Origin: Candidatus Latescibacterota bacterium
Lineage (GTDB): Bacteria; Latescibacterota; UBA2968
Reading direction: 5' to 3'
NCBI GenBank assembly: GCA_965205975.1
Contig: OZ242195.1
Location: 2,208,001-2,272,000 of the forward strand
Length of the DNA: 64,000 bases
The notes below the pieces were generated by a model. That model made no database searches and had not been told where the DNA came from. It worked only from the letters and a program-made list of their open reading frames with translations. Positions 47,334 through 57,487 of the stretch are shown piece after piece; position 1 is the first letter of the stretch, and the number at the start of each line of letters is the position of its first letter. The position numbers were made by a program, and so were the translations under genes.

Positions 47334-49778
47334 TCAAAGCATCGACATCGGATCGACATTGATCGCCAGGGTGACACCACGAGATCGGCGTTTATTGGGA
47401 GCAAATTGCGTGGCGGCACTGCGGGCGGCGGCATTGAGATGGCTGTGCGAATTGGACTTGAGCAAAACCTGCCAGCGATAGGTGCCCTGGATACGCGCGA
47501 GAGGAGCCTGTACGGGACCCAGAATTTCGACATCGGGAGATGTTTGTTCGCGCAAAGCCTGCGCGATTATGCCAGCCGTGCGTGCAACTTCGTGTTCATC
47601 TTTGCCCTTAAAGAGCAAAAGCACCACGCGCCCAAAGGGCGGATAACCCAGACTTTGACGCGCACTGAGTTCGCGCTGTGCAAAAGCTTCAAAATCGTGG
47701 TGCTGCGCGCATTGCACGGCTTCGCCATCGGGCATATAAGTTTGAATAACGACTTCCCCCGGAATCTCGCCCCGCCCGGCGCGTCCACTGACCTGAGTCA
47801 GCAATTGGAATGTGCGTTCACTGGCACGAAAATCCGGCAAATGGATACTCGTATCCGCAGAAATAACGCCGACGAGTGTCACGCCGGGAAAATCGAGTCC
47901 CTTGGCAATCATCTGTGTGCCGAGTAAAATATCAGCCTCGCCTCGGGAAAAGCGACTGAGTATGCGATCATGCGCGCCCTTGCGGCTCGTGGTATCCACA
48001 TCCATTCGCAAAACGCGCACACCGGGAAATTGCGCTTCGAGGGTCTCTTCAACGCGCTGTGTCCCCACGCCCAACAAATGAAAATTGCTGCTGTTACACG
48101 ACGGACACGCCGAGGGCGATGGCTCAATATAACCGCAATAATGACAGAGCATCAGGCGTCGCGTCGCGTGATAGGTAAGAGTGACCTGGCAGTGATCGCA
48201 CTGAATACTATGCCCGCAGTCGGCGCATTGAACCGCAGGTGCATATCCGCGCCGGTTTTGAAGCAAAATGGTGCGTTGACCCTTTGCAATGCGTTCGCGC
48301 ATCTTTTCCCGAAGCGGGCGAGAAAACAAGCTGCCACCTTCGTGCCGCATATCGACCAGTGTGACAGTGGGCAATGGACGATTGTCGATACGCTCTGGCA
48401 ATATGAGTTCGTTGAATTTTTGCGTCTTTGCATTGTGATGCGACTCGAGAGAAGGGGTTGCCGACCCCAGCACAATGGGCAAATTTTGCAGATGGGCGCG
48501 CATCACAGCGACATCCCGCGCATTGTAGCGAGGTGCGGGATCGTCTTGTTTGTACGAACCATCGTGTTCTTCGTCGATGATGATAAGACCCAGATTTTCC
48601 ACAGGTGCAAAAATAGCTGAGCGCGCACCAATAACAACGGCGCGTTTTCCCCTGCGAACCTCGCGCCAGGCATCGTAGCGTTCCCCAGGGGATAATGCAC
48701 TGTGCAAAACTGCGACGCGATCGCCAAAATGGGCGCGAAAGCGGCGGACGGTCTGCGGCGTCAGAGTGATTTCCGGCACCAGAACAATCGCGCCTTTTCC
48801 CGATGCGAGTGCGTGTGCAACCGCCCGAATATAGACCAGTGTTTTGCCGCTACCCGTCACCCCGCGCAAAAGGTGAACCCGAAAGGTGTTTTCATCAATG
48901 CTCTGTCTAATCGCCTGGATACCCCGCGCTTGATGAGGCGTAAGCGTTACATCCTCTGGCGGAGGAAGATCGGCATCGGCATAAGGGTCGCGCACCACTT
49001 CGCGATCTATAAAACAGATCAAATTGCGCCTGACCATTTCTCTCAGTACGCTCGAAGAAATCCCTTCTGCGGATAGCTGTGAGGCCAAAAGGGAACGATT
49101 TGCCGAACGCAGACGGCGAATACATTGCGCCTGTCGTGGGGCGCGTTTTTCCAGTGTGGGCAATTCCAGATCAAACCAGCGCGGATCATTGGGCACAAGT
49201 GCCACTGCACGCTGGGTTTTTGTTTTTACTTTTGGGGCTGACATCTTTTGAAACGCGACCAGAACACCCCGCCTCAAAAGACCGTATATCGCGGGCTGTA
49301 CGCCCTGTTTTCCAAGTCGTTTTTGGAGTTGGCGCATCGATGCCGAACCGAGTTCGCCCAGTGCAGTGACGACCTCCCGCTGGCGTGGGGAAAGCAGGCG
49401 AATGATCGCGTCGTCAAAGTTTTTTTCAAGGGCAAAATGCTGTCCACTATCCAGGTGAATACCCGATGGAAGAGCTGCAGAAAGCACTTCCGAGAGACTA
49501 CATAGATAATACCAGGCCATCCACTTGCACAATTCGAGCATCGGCGGTATTACAAGCGGGTAGGAATCGAGGATTTGTGCAATGGTCTTAATGCGATTGG
49601 AGGGCAGATCGCACGTTTCGCAAAAGCCGACGACAATACCCGTAACCCAGCGTTCTCCAAAAGGAACGAGAACGCGGTAGCCCGTTTGCAGATCGTTCTG
49701 GAGATCGTCGGGAATGCGGTAGGTAAATGTATCGAGGGACGTGCCCAGAGGAACGATGTGTGCAAAGGGGTGTGCCAT
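47334..49778 (-). CDS. priA: primosomal protein N'
   Basis: GVTGSGKT, LVPEI.LTPQ, IIDEEHD, GSATPSLES, four CxxC pairs, GTQMIAKGLDF, QVSGRAGR. Confidence 0.97.
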   Translation of the reverse strand: MAHPFAHIVPLGTSLDTFTYRIPDDLQNDLQTGYRVLVPFGERWVTGIVVGFCETCDLPSNRIKTIAQILDSYPLVIPPMLELCKWMAWYYLCSLSEVLSAALPSGIHLDSGQHFALEKNFDDAIIRLLSPRQREVVTALGELGSASMRQLQKRLGKQGVQPAIYGLLRRGVLVAFQKMSAPKVKTKTQRAVALVPNDPRWFDLELPTLEKRAPRQAQCIRRLRSANRSLLASQLSAEGISSSVLREMVRRNLICFIDREVVRDPYADADLPPPEDVTLTPHQARGIQAIRQSIDENTFRVHLLRGVTGSGKTLVYIRAVAHALASGKGAIVLVPEITLTPQTVRRFRAHFGDRVAVLHSALSPGERYDAWREVRRGKRAVVIGARSAIFAPVENLGLIIIDEEHDGSYKQDDPAPRYNARDVAVMRAHLQNLPIVLGSATPSLESHHNAKTQKFNELILPERIDNRPLPTVTLVDMRHEGGSLFSRPLREKMRERIAKGQRTILLQNRRGYAPAVQCADCGHSIQCDHCQVTLTYHATRRLMLCHYCGYIEPSPSACPSCNSSNFHLLGVGTQRVEETLEAQFPGVRVLRMDVDTTSRKGAHDRILSRFSRGEADILLGTQMIAKGLDFPGVTLVGVISADTSIHLPDFRASERTFQLLTQVSGRAGRGEIPGEVVIQTYMPDGEAVQCAQHHDFEAFAQRELSARQSLGYPPFGRVVLLLFKGKDEHEVARTAGIIAQALREQTSPDVEILGPVQAPLARIQGTYRWQVLLKSNSHSHLNAAARSAATQFAPNKRRSRGVTLAINVDPMSML

Positions 49779-49787
49779 AGAAACAAA

Positions 49788-50744
49788 CTATCGGCCTATC
49801 TGCGAGTTAGAAGGCTTTTCGTCGAGTTCTTCGACTTTGATGAGCGTGCGGGAAATGGTCAAGCGAAGGCCGCGTTCGGGTGGGCTGGCAAATTCGAGAG
49901 GCTGGTTCTGCAGTGAAAGCGAAATTGAGCCAGCACGCTGTATCTCCACTTGAAAGCGGTCATGGGCCAGCCAGCGTTGCTCCAGGTCGGGTGAAAGCAC
50001 ACCAGTAAAAACCCCGCGACCATCGGCAGTAATGGATAGATGCACGGTTTCACTTGCAACGCCAGAAAGAGTCATGATTTGCTCCGCAGCAATGACGCCG
50101 GGAATGGGCAAATTATATGTGGAGAGCACAGCGAGTGCTGGTTGGGAAGTTGGCGTCTCCTCCACAATATCCGGTGGCATCATCTGGTTTTCCAATAGAG
50201 GTTGAGATGGCATAACAGACTCCGTGCTGTCTCGTAGTTGCATCTCTTGTACGGCGTTCGCACTGTCCTTCTCTGCTTCGGAAATATTTATTTCTTCGAG
50301 TGGGATAACCGATTCCGTGCTATCTGGTATTGGAAGAGGTGATGTGGTTGTATCGAGCGGCACTGTGAGCGGTGTTTCTTCACGCGAGTTAAGAATGATG
50401 ATCACCACTGCAATCACCGCGAATGCGAGTAAAGAGATAAATATTGCGCTGCGGTTTATCCCGCGTTCTGGAGGGGACTGTACTGTGACCCGCTCGCGCG
50501 GCAACGCAACGCTTCTGTCAAAAAGAATAAGGATGTCCCGAACATTGAGGTTGAGTTCTTGGGCATAAGTTTTGAGAAACAAACGCGCGTAAGCTAAGGG
50601 CAATAAATCAAATTGCCCCGCTTCAAGCACTTTGATAAACTCGGGATTGATCCGCGTGTGTTCATATATATCACCGATACTCAAACCCAGATTCTCGCGC
50701 TGCGTTTTGAGTAATTCACCAATGTCTTGTTTTTCATCTGTCAT
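49788..50744 (-). CDS. rodZ: RodZ-like protein (HTH, TM, DUF4115-like)
   Basis: IG..LK..RE..GLS...I...TRI....I..LE.G.F..LP..Y...F.K.YA, a single TM and a low-complexity linker. Confidence 0.75.
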   Translation of the reverse strand: MTDEKQDIGELLKTQRENLGLSIGDIYEHTRINPEFIKVLEAGQFDLLPLAYARLFLKTYAQELNLNVRDILILFDRSVALPRERVTVQSPPERGINRSAIFISLLAFAVIAVVIIILNSREETPLTVPLDTTTSPLPIPDSTESVIPLEEINISEAEKDSANAVQEMQLRDSTESVMPSQPLLENQMMPPDIVEETPTSQPALAVLSTYNLPIPGVIAAEQIMTLSGVASETVHLSITADGRGVFTGVLSPDLEQRWLAHDRFQVEIQRAGSISLSLQNQPLEFASPPERGLRLTISRTLIKVEELDEKPSNSQIGR

Positions 50745-51372
50745 AGATGGTTGTATTCCCGTTATTTGTTAGATCTATTTCGGGTATAATCGCCCAAAGC
50801 GATTGCCCGATCAGACGGTGATAAAGGCTCCAAAAACTCGCAAGTGGCAAACCCACCACATTGTAGAAGCAGCCAGAGATGGATTGAATAAATGCAGATG
50901 CACGTCCCTGCGCACCATAAGCACCGGCTTTGTCCATAGAATCGCCAGTGGCGACATAGCGCGAGATATCCTCCGATGAGAGCACGCGCATGGTGACGTG
51001 AGTAGTAGCAACCTCTGTGAGGGTCTGACCGGTTTCCGTATCTGTAAGGGCCAGCCCGGTATAGACTTGATGGGTTTTTCCCGAAAGTTGCGCCAGCATG
51101 TCTTCGGCGTGTTTGGCGTCATTCGGTTTCTCAAAAATCGCATTTTCCAATACCACAACTGTATCGGCACCCAAAATGAGCGCGTGGTCAAAACGATGGA
51201 CAACTGCCTGTGTTTTGCGCTGCGCGATTTCCCTCACATATTCAGCGGGTGGCAAAATAGTATCCAAAGACTCATTCGCATTGCTCGGCGCAATCTCAAA
51301 TGGAATATCCAACAAACGCAACAAACGCGCACGCCTGGGCGAAGCAGACGCGAGAATTAGTCTCTTCTTCAT
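50734..51372 (-). CDS. maf: Maf family nucleotide pyrophosphatase
   Basis: [40 protein letters not shown]. Confidence 0.95.
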   Translation of the reverse strand: MKKRLILASASPRRARLLRLLDIPFEIAPSNANESLDTILPPAEYVREIAQRKTQAVVHRFDHALILGADTVVVLENAIFEKPNDAKHAEDMLAQLSGKTHQVYTGLALTDTETGQTLTEVATTHVTMRVLSSEDISRYVATGDSMDKAGAYGAQGRASAFIQSISGCFYNVVGLPLASFWSLYHRLIGQSLWAIIPEIDLTNNGNTTIYDR

Positions 51373-51824
51373 ATCTCTGAGTCAATCATCAATGTAACGG
51401 GGCCTGTATTGTAAATTTCGACCTGCATATACGCGCCAAAAACGCCGGTTTCAGTATGAATGCCAAGAGCACAGAAGTGCTGGACAAATTGCTCGTACAG
51501 GGATTTGGCAATATCTGGTGGAGCAGCCCGATTAAAACTCGGACGGCGGCCTTTGCGGGTGTCGGCGTGCAGGGTAAATTGCGAAACCACCAGCGCCTGC
51601 CCACCCGTGTCGAGCAGGGATCTATTCATTTTTCCACGATCGTCCTCAAAAATTCTCAAATTCGCACATTTCTCAGCAACATATTCCATATCCGGCAGAC
51701 CATCGGTATCGCTAATACCCAGCAAAATCAAAAGACCGCCATCAATTTGCCCAACGATTTGTTCTTCAACGCGAACCGTTGCCTCGCACACCCGCTGAAT
51801 CAATGCCCGCACGCTGCCCTCCAT
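51369..51824 (-). CDS. dtd: D-aminoacyl-tRNA deacylase
   Basis: IQRV, LRIFED, VSQFTL, KGRRPSF, G.FGA.M.V, N.GPVT. Confidence 0.95.
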   Translation of the reverse strand: MEGSVRALIQRVCEATVRVEEQIVGQIDGGLLILLGISDTDGLPDMEYVAEKCANLRIFEDDRGKMNRSLLDTGGQALVVSQFTLHADTRKGRRPSFNRAAPPDIAKSLYEQFVQHFCALGIHTETGVFGAYMQVEIYNTGPVTLMIDSEI

Positions 51825-51839
51825 TGCTTAAGATGCATG

Positions 51840-51883
51840 TATCATTTATAACTTATTTATGGCATGTGTGCAAGGTGAAAGAT
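51840..51883 (-). repeat. left copy of the 44-bp direct repeat bounding the sterol island (sigma70-like promoter of dtd)
   Basis: 36/44 identical to 59699-59742; minus strand reads TTGCAC-N17-TATAAA. Confidence 0.75.
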
Positions 51884-52063
51884 GTAAGAGGAGTGAAATG
51901 TGAAGTTGTCATTGTAGCCTGATGTTAAGCCGCAATCCATTAACAGGAATACAACGAGCCAAACGGCTTGTATTTTATTAGAGATATTCGTATTATGGAC
52001 GGTCATAGATTTTAGAATCTGTAAGACGGCTTCTCAGGATTATTTCTGATCGAATGAGGAAAA

Positions 52064-55000
52064 ATGAACACAGGTGACAATTTCCACGGTGAACGCCCCG
52101 GACCGATAGCCTACATGGCTGGTAACAGTGTAGCCGCCAATCTACTGATGTGGGCCATTATCGCCGCCGGGCTGGTGTCGCTGACCGGACTCGACCGGGA
52201 AGCGTGGCCCACCACTCCCTTCTACCATATTGAAGTGTCGATGGCCTATCCCGGCGCCACACCGGAGGAGATCGAGGAGTCGATCGTCGTCAAGATCGAA
52301 GATCAGGTCAGTGGATTGGATGACGTGAAGGCGGTCAAGTCCGTATCGGCCCCGGGTATGGCATCCGTGCGGGTTCAAATGGATTTCGATACGGACATGG
52401 CTCGGGCGTTGAACGATATCGAGTCTGCCGTCAATCGCATACAGTCTTTCCCGATCAGTGCCGAACGTCCCAGTTTCAGGGAGATGACTAACCGCATGAG
52501 CATGATGCGGCTCATTGTTTATGGCGATGTGCCCGAGCGTGCGCTGAAGGAATTGGCGTATCAGATCAAGGATGAACTCACGGCTCTTCCCTCCGTCTCC
52601 CAGGTCGAGGTCAGCGGTATTCGGAAATACGAGATCTCTATCGAGGTACCGCTTCATCGGCTAAGAGCACTTGGACTCACCCTCACCGACATAGCCAACA
52701 CGATTCGTCGCAGTTCACTGGACTTATCTGCCGGCAGTATCAATACCCGGGAATCCCAGGTGCGGGTCCGGACTCTCGGTCAGAACTACGACCAAAAGGA
52801 TTTCGAAGAGATCGTCCTTCTCAGTGGCAGCGACGGCACGGTTTTGCGCGTTGGCGATATCGCCGAGGTTCGCGACGGTTTTCAGGAAACCGACCTGATT
52901 GTCCGGCATCAGAACCATCCCGCTGTATTCGTCGAGGTCTATCGGGCCGATGGTGAGCAAGTGATGGATGTCGCCACGACCGTTCGAGAGCACCTGGCGA
53001 ACGAGGTGATCCCATCTCTACCGGACGGTGTGGGCGTCACCATGTGGAATGACGAATCCCAGGTCTATGAGGAACGCGCCGATCTTCTCCTCAAGAACGG
53101 GATCCTGGGCCTGTTGCTGGTGCTGATCGCACTCAGCCTGTTTCTCGAAATCCGGCTCGCGCTTTGGGTCGCCGTGGGCCTCGCCGTTTCGGGAATCGGT
53201 GCCCTTGCCATCATGATGGCATTCGACGTGGCGATCAACACCATCAGCCTGTTCTCCTTTGTCCTCGCCATAGGAATCATCGTCGACGATGCCATCGTCG
53301 TAGCCGAGTACATCCACTACGAACGCAAGCGGGGAACACCCGGGGTCACGGCCGCGATCCGAGGCGTACGGCGGATCAAGGTGCCGTTGACGTTCGCAGT
53401 TCTGACGTCGGTGGTGGCCTTCGTCCCGTTGCTGTTCATTCCCGGCGGCGTCGGTGAGGTGTGGCGGGCCCTGCCGATCATCATGATCGCCATGCTGCTG
53501 GTTTCCCTGGTCGAATCGCTGTTCGTGCTGCCCAACCACCTGTCTCACCTGCACGGCCCGGAGTGGGTGCCGGCCAATGCCTTCGACCGGTTCTTCGCGC
53601 GGCTCCAGGGGCGCGTTGACGCGCTGCTGAACAGGTTCGTCCAAGGCCCGCTGGATCGGGCCCTGCAGTTCGCCACCGACCAGCCCGTGGTGACGATGTC
53701 GGGGGCTGTGGGAATGCTCGTGCTGAGCATCTCCCTGTTGCCCGCGGGGATCGTTCCTACCACGCTGGCCGCTGACGTGGAGGGGGATATCGCGACGGTC
53801 GTCCTGGAGATGCCCGATGGGGCGACCGCTCCGAGGACGTACGAAGTGGCGCAGGAACTGGAGGCCGCAGGCCACCGGGTCATCGAACGACTCTCGCGCG
53901 GCCGGCCCGGGGATGCGCCACCGCTGCTGACTGGCGTAACGGTGACTGTCGGACAGGGCTCGAGACTCGGGGGCGGACTCAATCCGGAGCCGACCCTCAA
54001 TCCGCAAGCCAACATCGCCACCATTGAGTTCAAACTCCTGGGCGCACAACAGAGAGAAATCTCCACCGGAGAGGTCGTGCAGGCATGGCGGGAGGAGGTG
54101 GGTGTGCTACCCCACGTACGCGGCATCACCTTCAGCGGCGAGGTCTTTGACTTGGGCAACCCGGTGGAGGCCGTGTTGTCGCATCCGGACCCGGAGCGCC
54201 TTGCCCGGATTGCAGACTCCGTGGTCGATGGTCTCCGTGGAGTGGGAGGCGTCTTCGATATACGCTCGGATCACACCCCGGGCATCCCGGAAGTTCAACT
54301 GGAGCTGCAGCCAGAAGGTCGAACTCTCGGTCTCACACTCCACGACCTGGCCGGGCAGGCACGGGCGGCGTTCTTCGGCGCAGAGGCCGTTCGGGTGCAG
54401 CGCGACCGGGAAGAGGTCCGGGTCTATGTGCGCCTGCCCTCCGATGAACGAAAATCCATCACCGATGTCGAAGGATACCTGCTCCGTACTCCGAGTGGTG
54501 CCGAGGTCCCGGTTATGAGTGTGGCCTCCCTGAACCCGGGGGTGTCGCCGCCGGCCATTCGACGGAAGGACGGCCAGCGCGTCGTCACGGTCACTGCGGA
54601 CGTGGATGCTTCGGTGATTTCAGGCGACGAAGCCAACGACATCCTGGCCAATTCGATCCTCGCGGATCTGACCGCCCTGCACCCGGACCTGACATACAGC
54701 TTCGGAGGGGAACAACAACAGCAGCTCGAATCCCTGGATGCGCTGTATCGCGGATTTGCGATTGCCATGCTCCTGATCTTCGCGCTGCTCGCCATCCCCC
54801 TCCGATCCTATACAAAGCCGTTCATCATCATGGCCGTCATCCCCTTCGGGTTCATCGGAGTGATCCTGGGTCACTGGGTCCTGGGAGTAGCCCTGAGTGC
54901 CGTATCTTTCATGGGTATCTTCGGCCTGAGTGGGGTGGTCGTGAACGATTCCCTGGTCATGATCGATTTCATCGATCAGGAACTCGAGGAAGGCATGCCG

Positions 55001-55246
55001 GCGCAAACTGCAATCATAGAGGGCGCAAAAGGGCGATTTCGCCCAATTATGCTCACTTCCGTGACTACGTTCCTCGGCTTCACTCCCCTTATTCTGGAAC
55101 GTGCCATCCAAGCCCAGTTCCTGATCCCCTTTGCCGCGTCTCTCGGTTTCGGCATTCTCATTACCACGGCCATACTTATGATGATCGTTCCCGCGCTATA
55201 CGCGATCCATTTGCATCTGATTTCTCTGCGCAGTAATACGAGTTAG
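52064..55246 (+). CDS. AcrB/RND family efflux transporter permease
   Basis: YPGATPEEIE, GIIVDDAIVV, GVVVNDSLV, RFRPI.LTS.TT; 1060 aa. Confidence 0.92.
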   Translation: MNTGDNFHGERPGPIAYMAGNSVAANLLMWAIIAAGLVSLTGLDREAWPTTPFYHIEVSMAYPGATPEEIEESIVVKIEDQVSGLDDVKAVKSVSAPGMASVRVQMDFDTDMARALNDIESAVNRIQSFPISAERPSFREMTNRMSMMRLIVYGDVPERALKELAYQIKDELTALPSVSQVEVSGIRKYEISIEVPLHRLRALGLTLTDIANTIRRSSLDLSAGSINTRESQVRVRTLGQNYDQKDFEEIVLLSGSDGTVLRVGDIAEVRDGFQETDLIVRHQNHPAVFVEVYRADGEQVMDVATTVREHLANEVIPSLPDGVGVTMWNDESQVYEERADLLLKNGILGLLLVLIALSLFLEIRLALWVAVGLAVSGIGALAIMMAFDVAINTISLFSFVLAIGIIVDDAIVVAEYIHYERKRGTPGVTAAIRGVRRIKVPLTFAVLTSVVAFVPLLFIPGGVGEVWRALPIIMIAMLLVSLVESLFVLPNHLSHLHGPEWVPANAFDRFFARLQGRVDALLNRFVQGPLDRALQFATDQPVVTMSGAVGMLVLSISLLPAGIVPTTLAADVEGDIATVVLEMPDGATAPRTYEVAQELEAAGHRVIERLSRGRPGDAPPLLTGVTVTVGQGSRLGGGLNPEPTLNPQANIATIEFKLLGAQQREISTGEVVQAWREEVGVLPHVRGITFSGEVFDLGNPVEAVLSHPDPERLARIADSVVDGLRGVGGVFDIRSDHTPGIPEVQLELQPEGRTLGLTLHDLAGQARAAFFGAEAVRVQRDREEVRVYVRLPSDERKSITDVEGYLLRTPSGAEVPVMSVASLNPGVSPPAIRRKDGQRVVTVTADVDASVISGDEANDILANSILADLTALHPDLTYSFGGEQQQQLESLDALYRGFAIAMLLIFALLAIPLRSYTKPFIIMAVIPFGFIGVILGHWVLGVALSAVSFMGIFGLSGVVVNDSLVMIDFIDQELEEGMPAQTAIIEGAKGRFRPIMLTSVTTFLGFTPLILERAIQAQFLIPFAASLGFGILITTAILMMIVPALYAIHLHLISLRSNTS

Positions 55247-55420
55247 CAATCTCTCCGACCTGCGGTCGGTCTCAGCTACGTAGCAGACCAGTTCCACTGT
55301 TTCAAATGAGAATAAGACTTGCCTTCCCTTGACCAAATATTTGTATTTATTTATATTTGCCATAAGTACAGTAAGGGCAAGTGCCTTATGGTATTGAAGT
55401 AATGCAAGGAGGCCGAGGCT

Positions 55421-57448
55421 ATGGCTAATACTACCGAGGGTTTCCAATCGCTAAGTCTCACCGAAGAGCTCATCCTGATGCTCCTCAACGAGGAGACTGG
55501 TTACTTTCACCAGGTACCCGGCTGGCATTTGCACTGCGCCGTGGTCGGTGCCGTGCTCGCGGAGCTTTCACTCAGATCGCGCATCGACACGGACCTGGAA
55601 TCCCTGTTCCTCGTGGACGAGTCGGAAACGGGGAGACCTGCCCTGGACCCCATTCTGAAAGAAATCGCAGCCGAATCTGTTCAACGGAACGCCCAGTACT
55701 GGATCGAACGGCTCGCTCCCCGTGCGGAATCGATCATTGATTCGGTTCTGGACCGCCTGGTTGACCTGAAGATCCTGGAATATCACGACGGTGAATTCTG
55801 GACACTGGCTCCTACCGTCTGGCGTGGAGAACTGTCCAGCAAGTCGGAAGAGAGCACTGCAGGCCAGTTCATAAAAACGCGGATCAGCAGGGTCATCTTC
55901 ACCGACGAGATTCCCGATCCGAGAGATGTCATCATTATCTGCCTCGTCAATACCTGCGACGTCTTTCGTTTCATATTCCAGCTCGACGACGAGGCGGAGG
56001 AGCGCATCGAGTTCATCTGCAAGATGGATCTGATCGGCCGCTCCCTGGCCTCTGCGGTCTCTCAGAACCTCGCCCGCCGAGCCCTTCGCCGTCCTGCCCT
56101 TGCCAGGAAAATTCCGACGGTTTCGCTGCCCAAGCTGCTGCTGAACCCGCATAGTCGAGACGGCAACCTGAACGCGCTCTTCGGGAACCTTGCGGAGGAG
56201 TACGGTCCGGTGTTCCAGATCCGCCCACCCTTCTCGAAGCCCATGATCTTCCTGGCCGGACTCGAGACAAACCGCTGGGTGCACAAGCGCGGGCGCATGT
56301 ACCTGAGAGCCAGGGACTACTTCAGCGACTTCGAGAAGGTCTATGGCGCGTCCGGCGTCCTGCCCGCCCTGGACGGAGCCGATCACTTCCGGCTTCGCCA
56401 GTCTCTGTCGCCCGCCTATTCTGCCGTGAGGCTGGGAGGGCAGCTAGGCCAGCTCTACAATCAGGGGCGCAAGTACATGGCGAGCTTGACGGTTGGGGAC
56501 TCATACCGCGCCACGTCCATGTGTCGGGAGATGGTGAACGCCCAGCTCTCCCCACTGTTCATCGGCGTCGATACCCAGGACCTCATGGACGACCTGATGG
56601 CGTACAAGGAACGGGCCCTCAGCGTGCACGTCGCCAAGCTTCTGCCCAGATTCACGCTGAACACCCCGGGCATGAGACGCCGGGCGAAAGCCCTGGACAC
56701 ACTGATGCAGCGGGTCCAGGACATCCATACCTCCGCCCAACGGGCGGACAGCCCGCGGGATCTGGTGGACGATTACCTCAGCCTGCACGCGAGCGACCCG
56801 CAGTTTCTCCCAGAGTCCAACCTGCTGTTCTCCTTTTCCGCGGCCTTGATTGCCAGCGTGTACCTCGGCGATACGTTCAGCCTCGTAGTCTACGCCATGG
56901 CGTCACAGCCCGACCTCTACGCCAGAATCCAGGCCGAAGCAGATGCCCTGTTCGCCAAGGGAGACCCCGAGAGAGAGGATTTCACCCCCGCCAACATTGA
57001 CGTTACCCACCGCTTCCTCATGGAGTGCATGCGCATGTACCCGATCGTCTCCATGTCCATTCGGAACGTGATGAATACGTGCGTGGTCGAGGACTACGAG
57101 CTGCCCATGGGGGAACGTATCCACATCGCCATGACCGCCACGCATTACATGAGCGAGGTCTTTCCCGATCCCTACAAGTTCGACATCGACCGCTACCTGC
57201 CATCGCGCCATGAACACCGAAGCCCCGGGTACGCCCCGTACGGGCTGGGCACGCACAAGTGTCTCGGCACCCGGTGGATGGAACTGCACCTGGCGGCCAA
57301 CTTGTTGATGCTGGCGCACTACTTCACGATTGAGGTGTCGCCGGTGAAGTACAATCACAAGCTCCGTTTCAGTCCGTTCCCGTCGCTGAAACCGAGCAAG
57401 AAGCTGAAGTTCCGCATCTCCCAGCAGAGACGGGAGCTGTTCACCTGA
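55421..57448 (+). CDS. GPP34 (GOLPH3-like) domain-cytochrome P450 fusion
   Basis: N-terminal LSLTEEL.L.LL...G...GAVLAEL.L..RI (GPP34-like); P450 ExxR (ECMR), FPDP..FD.DR, heme motif YGLGTHKCLG. Confidence 0.85.
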   Translation: MANTTEGFQSLSLTEELILMLLNEETGYFHQVPGWHLHCAVVGAVLAELSLRSRIDTDLESLFLVDESETGRPALDPILKEIAAESVQRNAQYWIERLAPRAESIIDSVLDRLVDLKILEYHDGEFWTLAPTVWRGELSSKSEESTAGQFIKTRISRVIFTDEIPDPRDVIIICLVNTCDVFRFIFQLDDEAEERIEFICKMDLIGRSLASAVSQNLARRALRRPALARKIPTVSLPKLLLNPHSRDGNLNALFGNLAEEYGPVFQIRPPFSKPMIFLAGLETNRWVHKRGRMYLRARDYFSDFEKVYGASGVLPALDGADHFRLRQSLSPAYSAVRLGGQLGQLYNQGRKYMASLTVGDSYRATSMCREMVNAQLSPLFIGVDTQDLMDDLMAYKERALSVHVAKLLPRFTLNTPGMRRRAKALDTLMQRVQDIHTSAQRADSPRDLVDDYLSLHASDPQFLPESNLLFSFSAALIASVYLGDTFSLVVYAMASQPDLYARIQAEADALFAKGDPEREDFTPANIDVTHRFLMECMRMYPIVSMSIRNVMNTCVVEDYELPMGERIHIAMTATHYMSEVFPDPYKFDIDRYLPSRHEHRSPGYAPYGLGTHKCLGTRWMELHLAANLLMLAHYFTIEVSPVKYNHKLRFSPFPSLKPSKKLKFRISQQRRELFT

Positions 57449-57487
57449 CGACTTGGCTCCTTGTGGAGCCAGGGGAAACACCACAAA

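Noticed and set aside
53018..54159. 343-aa and 204-aa minus-strand ORFs
   Set aside because: Antisense to the RND permease in GC-rich DNA, where stops are scarce.
14148..55386. Exact 13-mer AGGGCAAGTGCCT upstream of both the 2TM operon (minus strand) and the P450
   Set aside because: Distant 13-mer matches are expected by chance in 64 kb and the flanks do not align.
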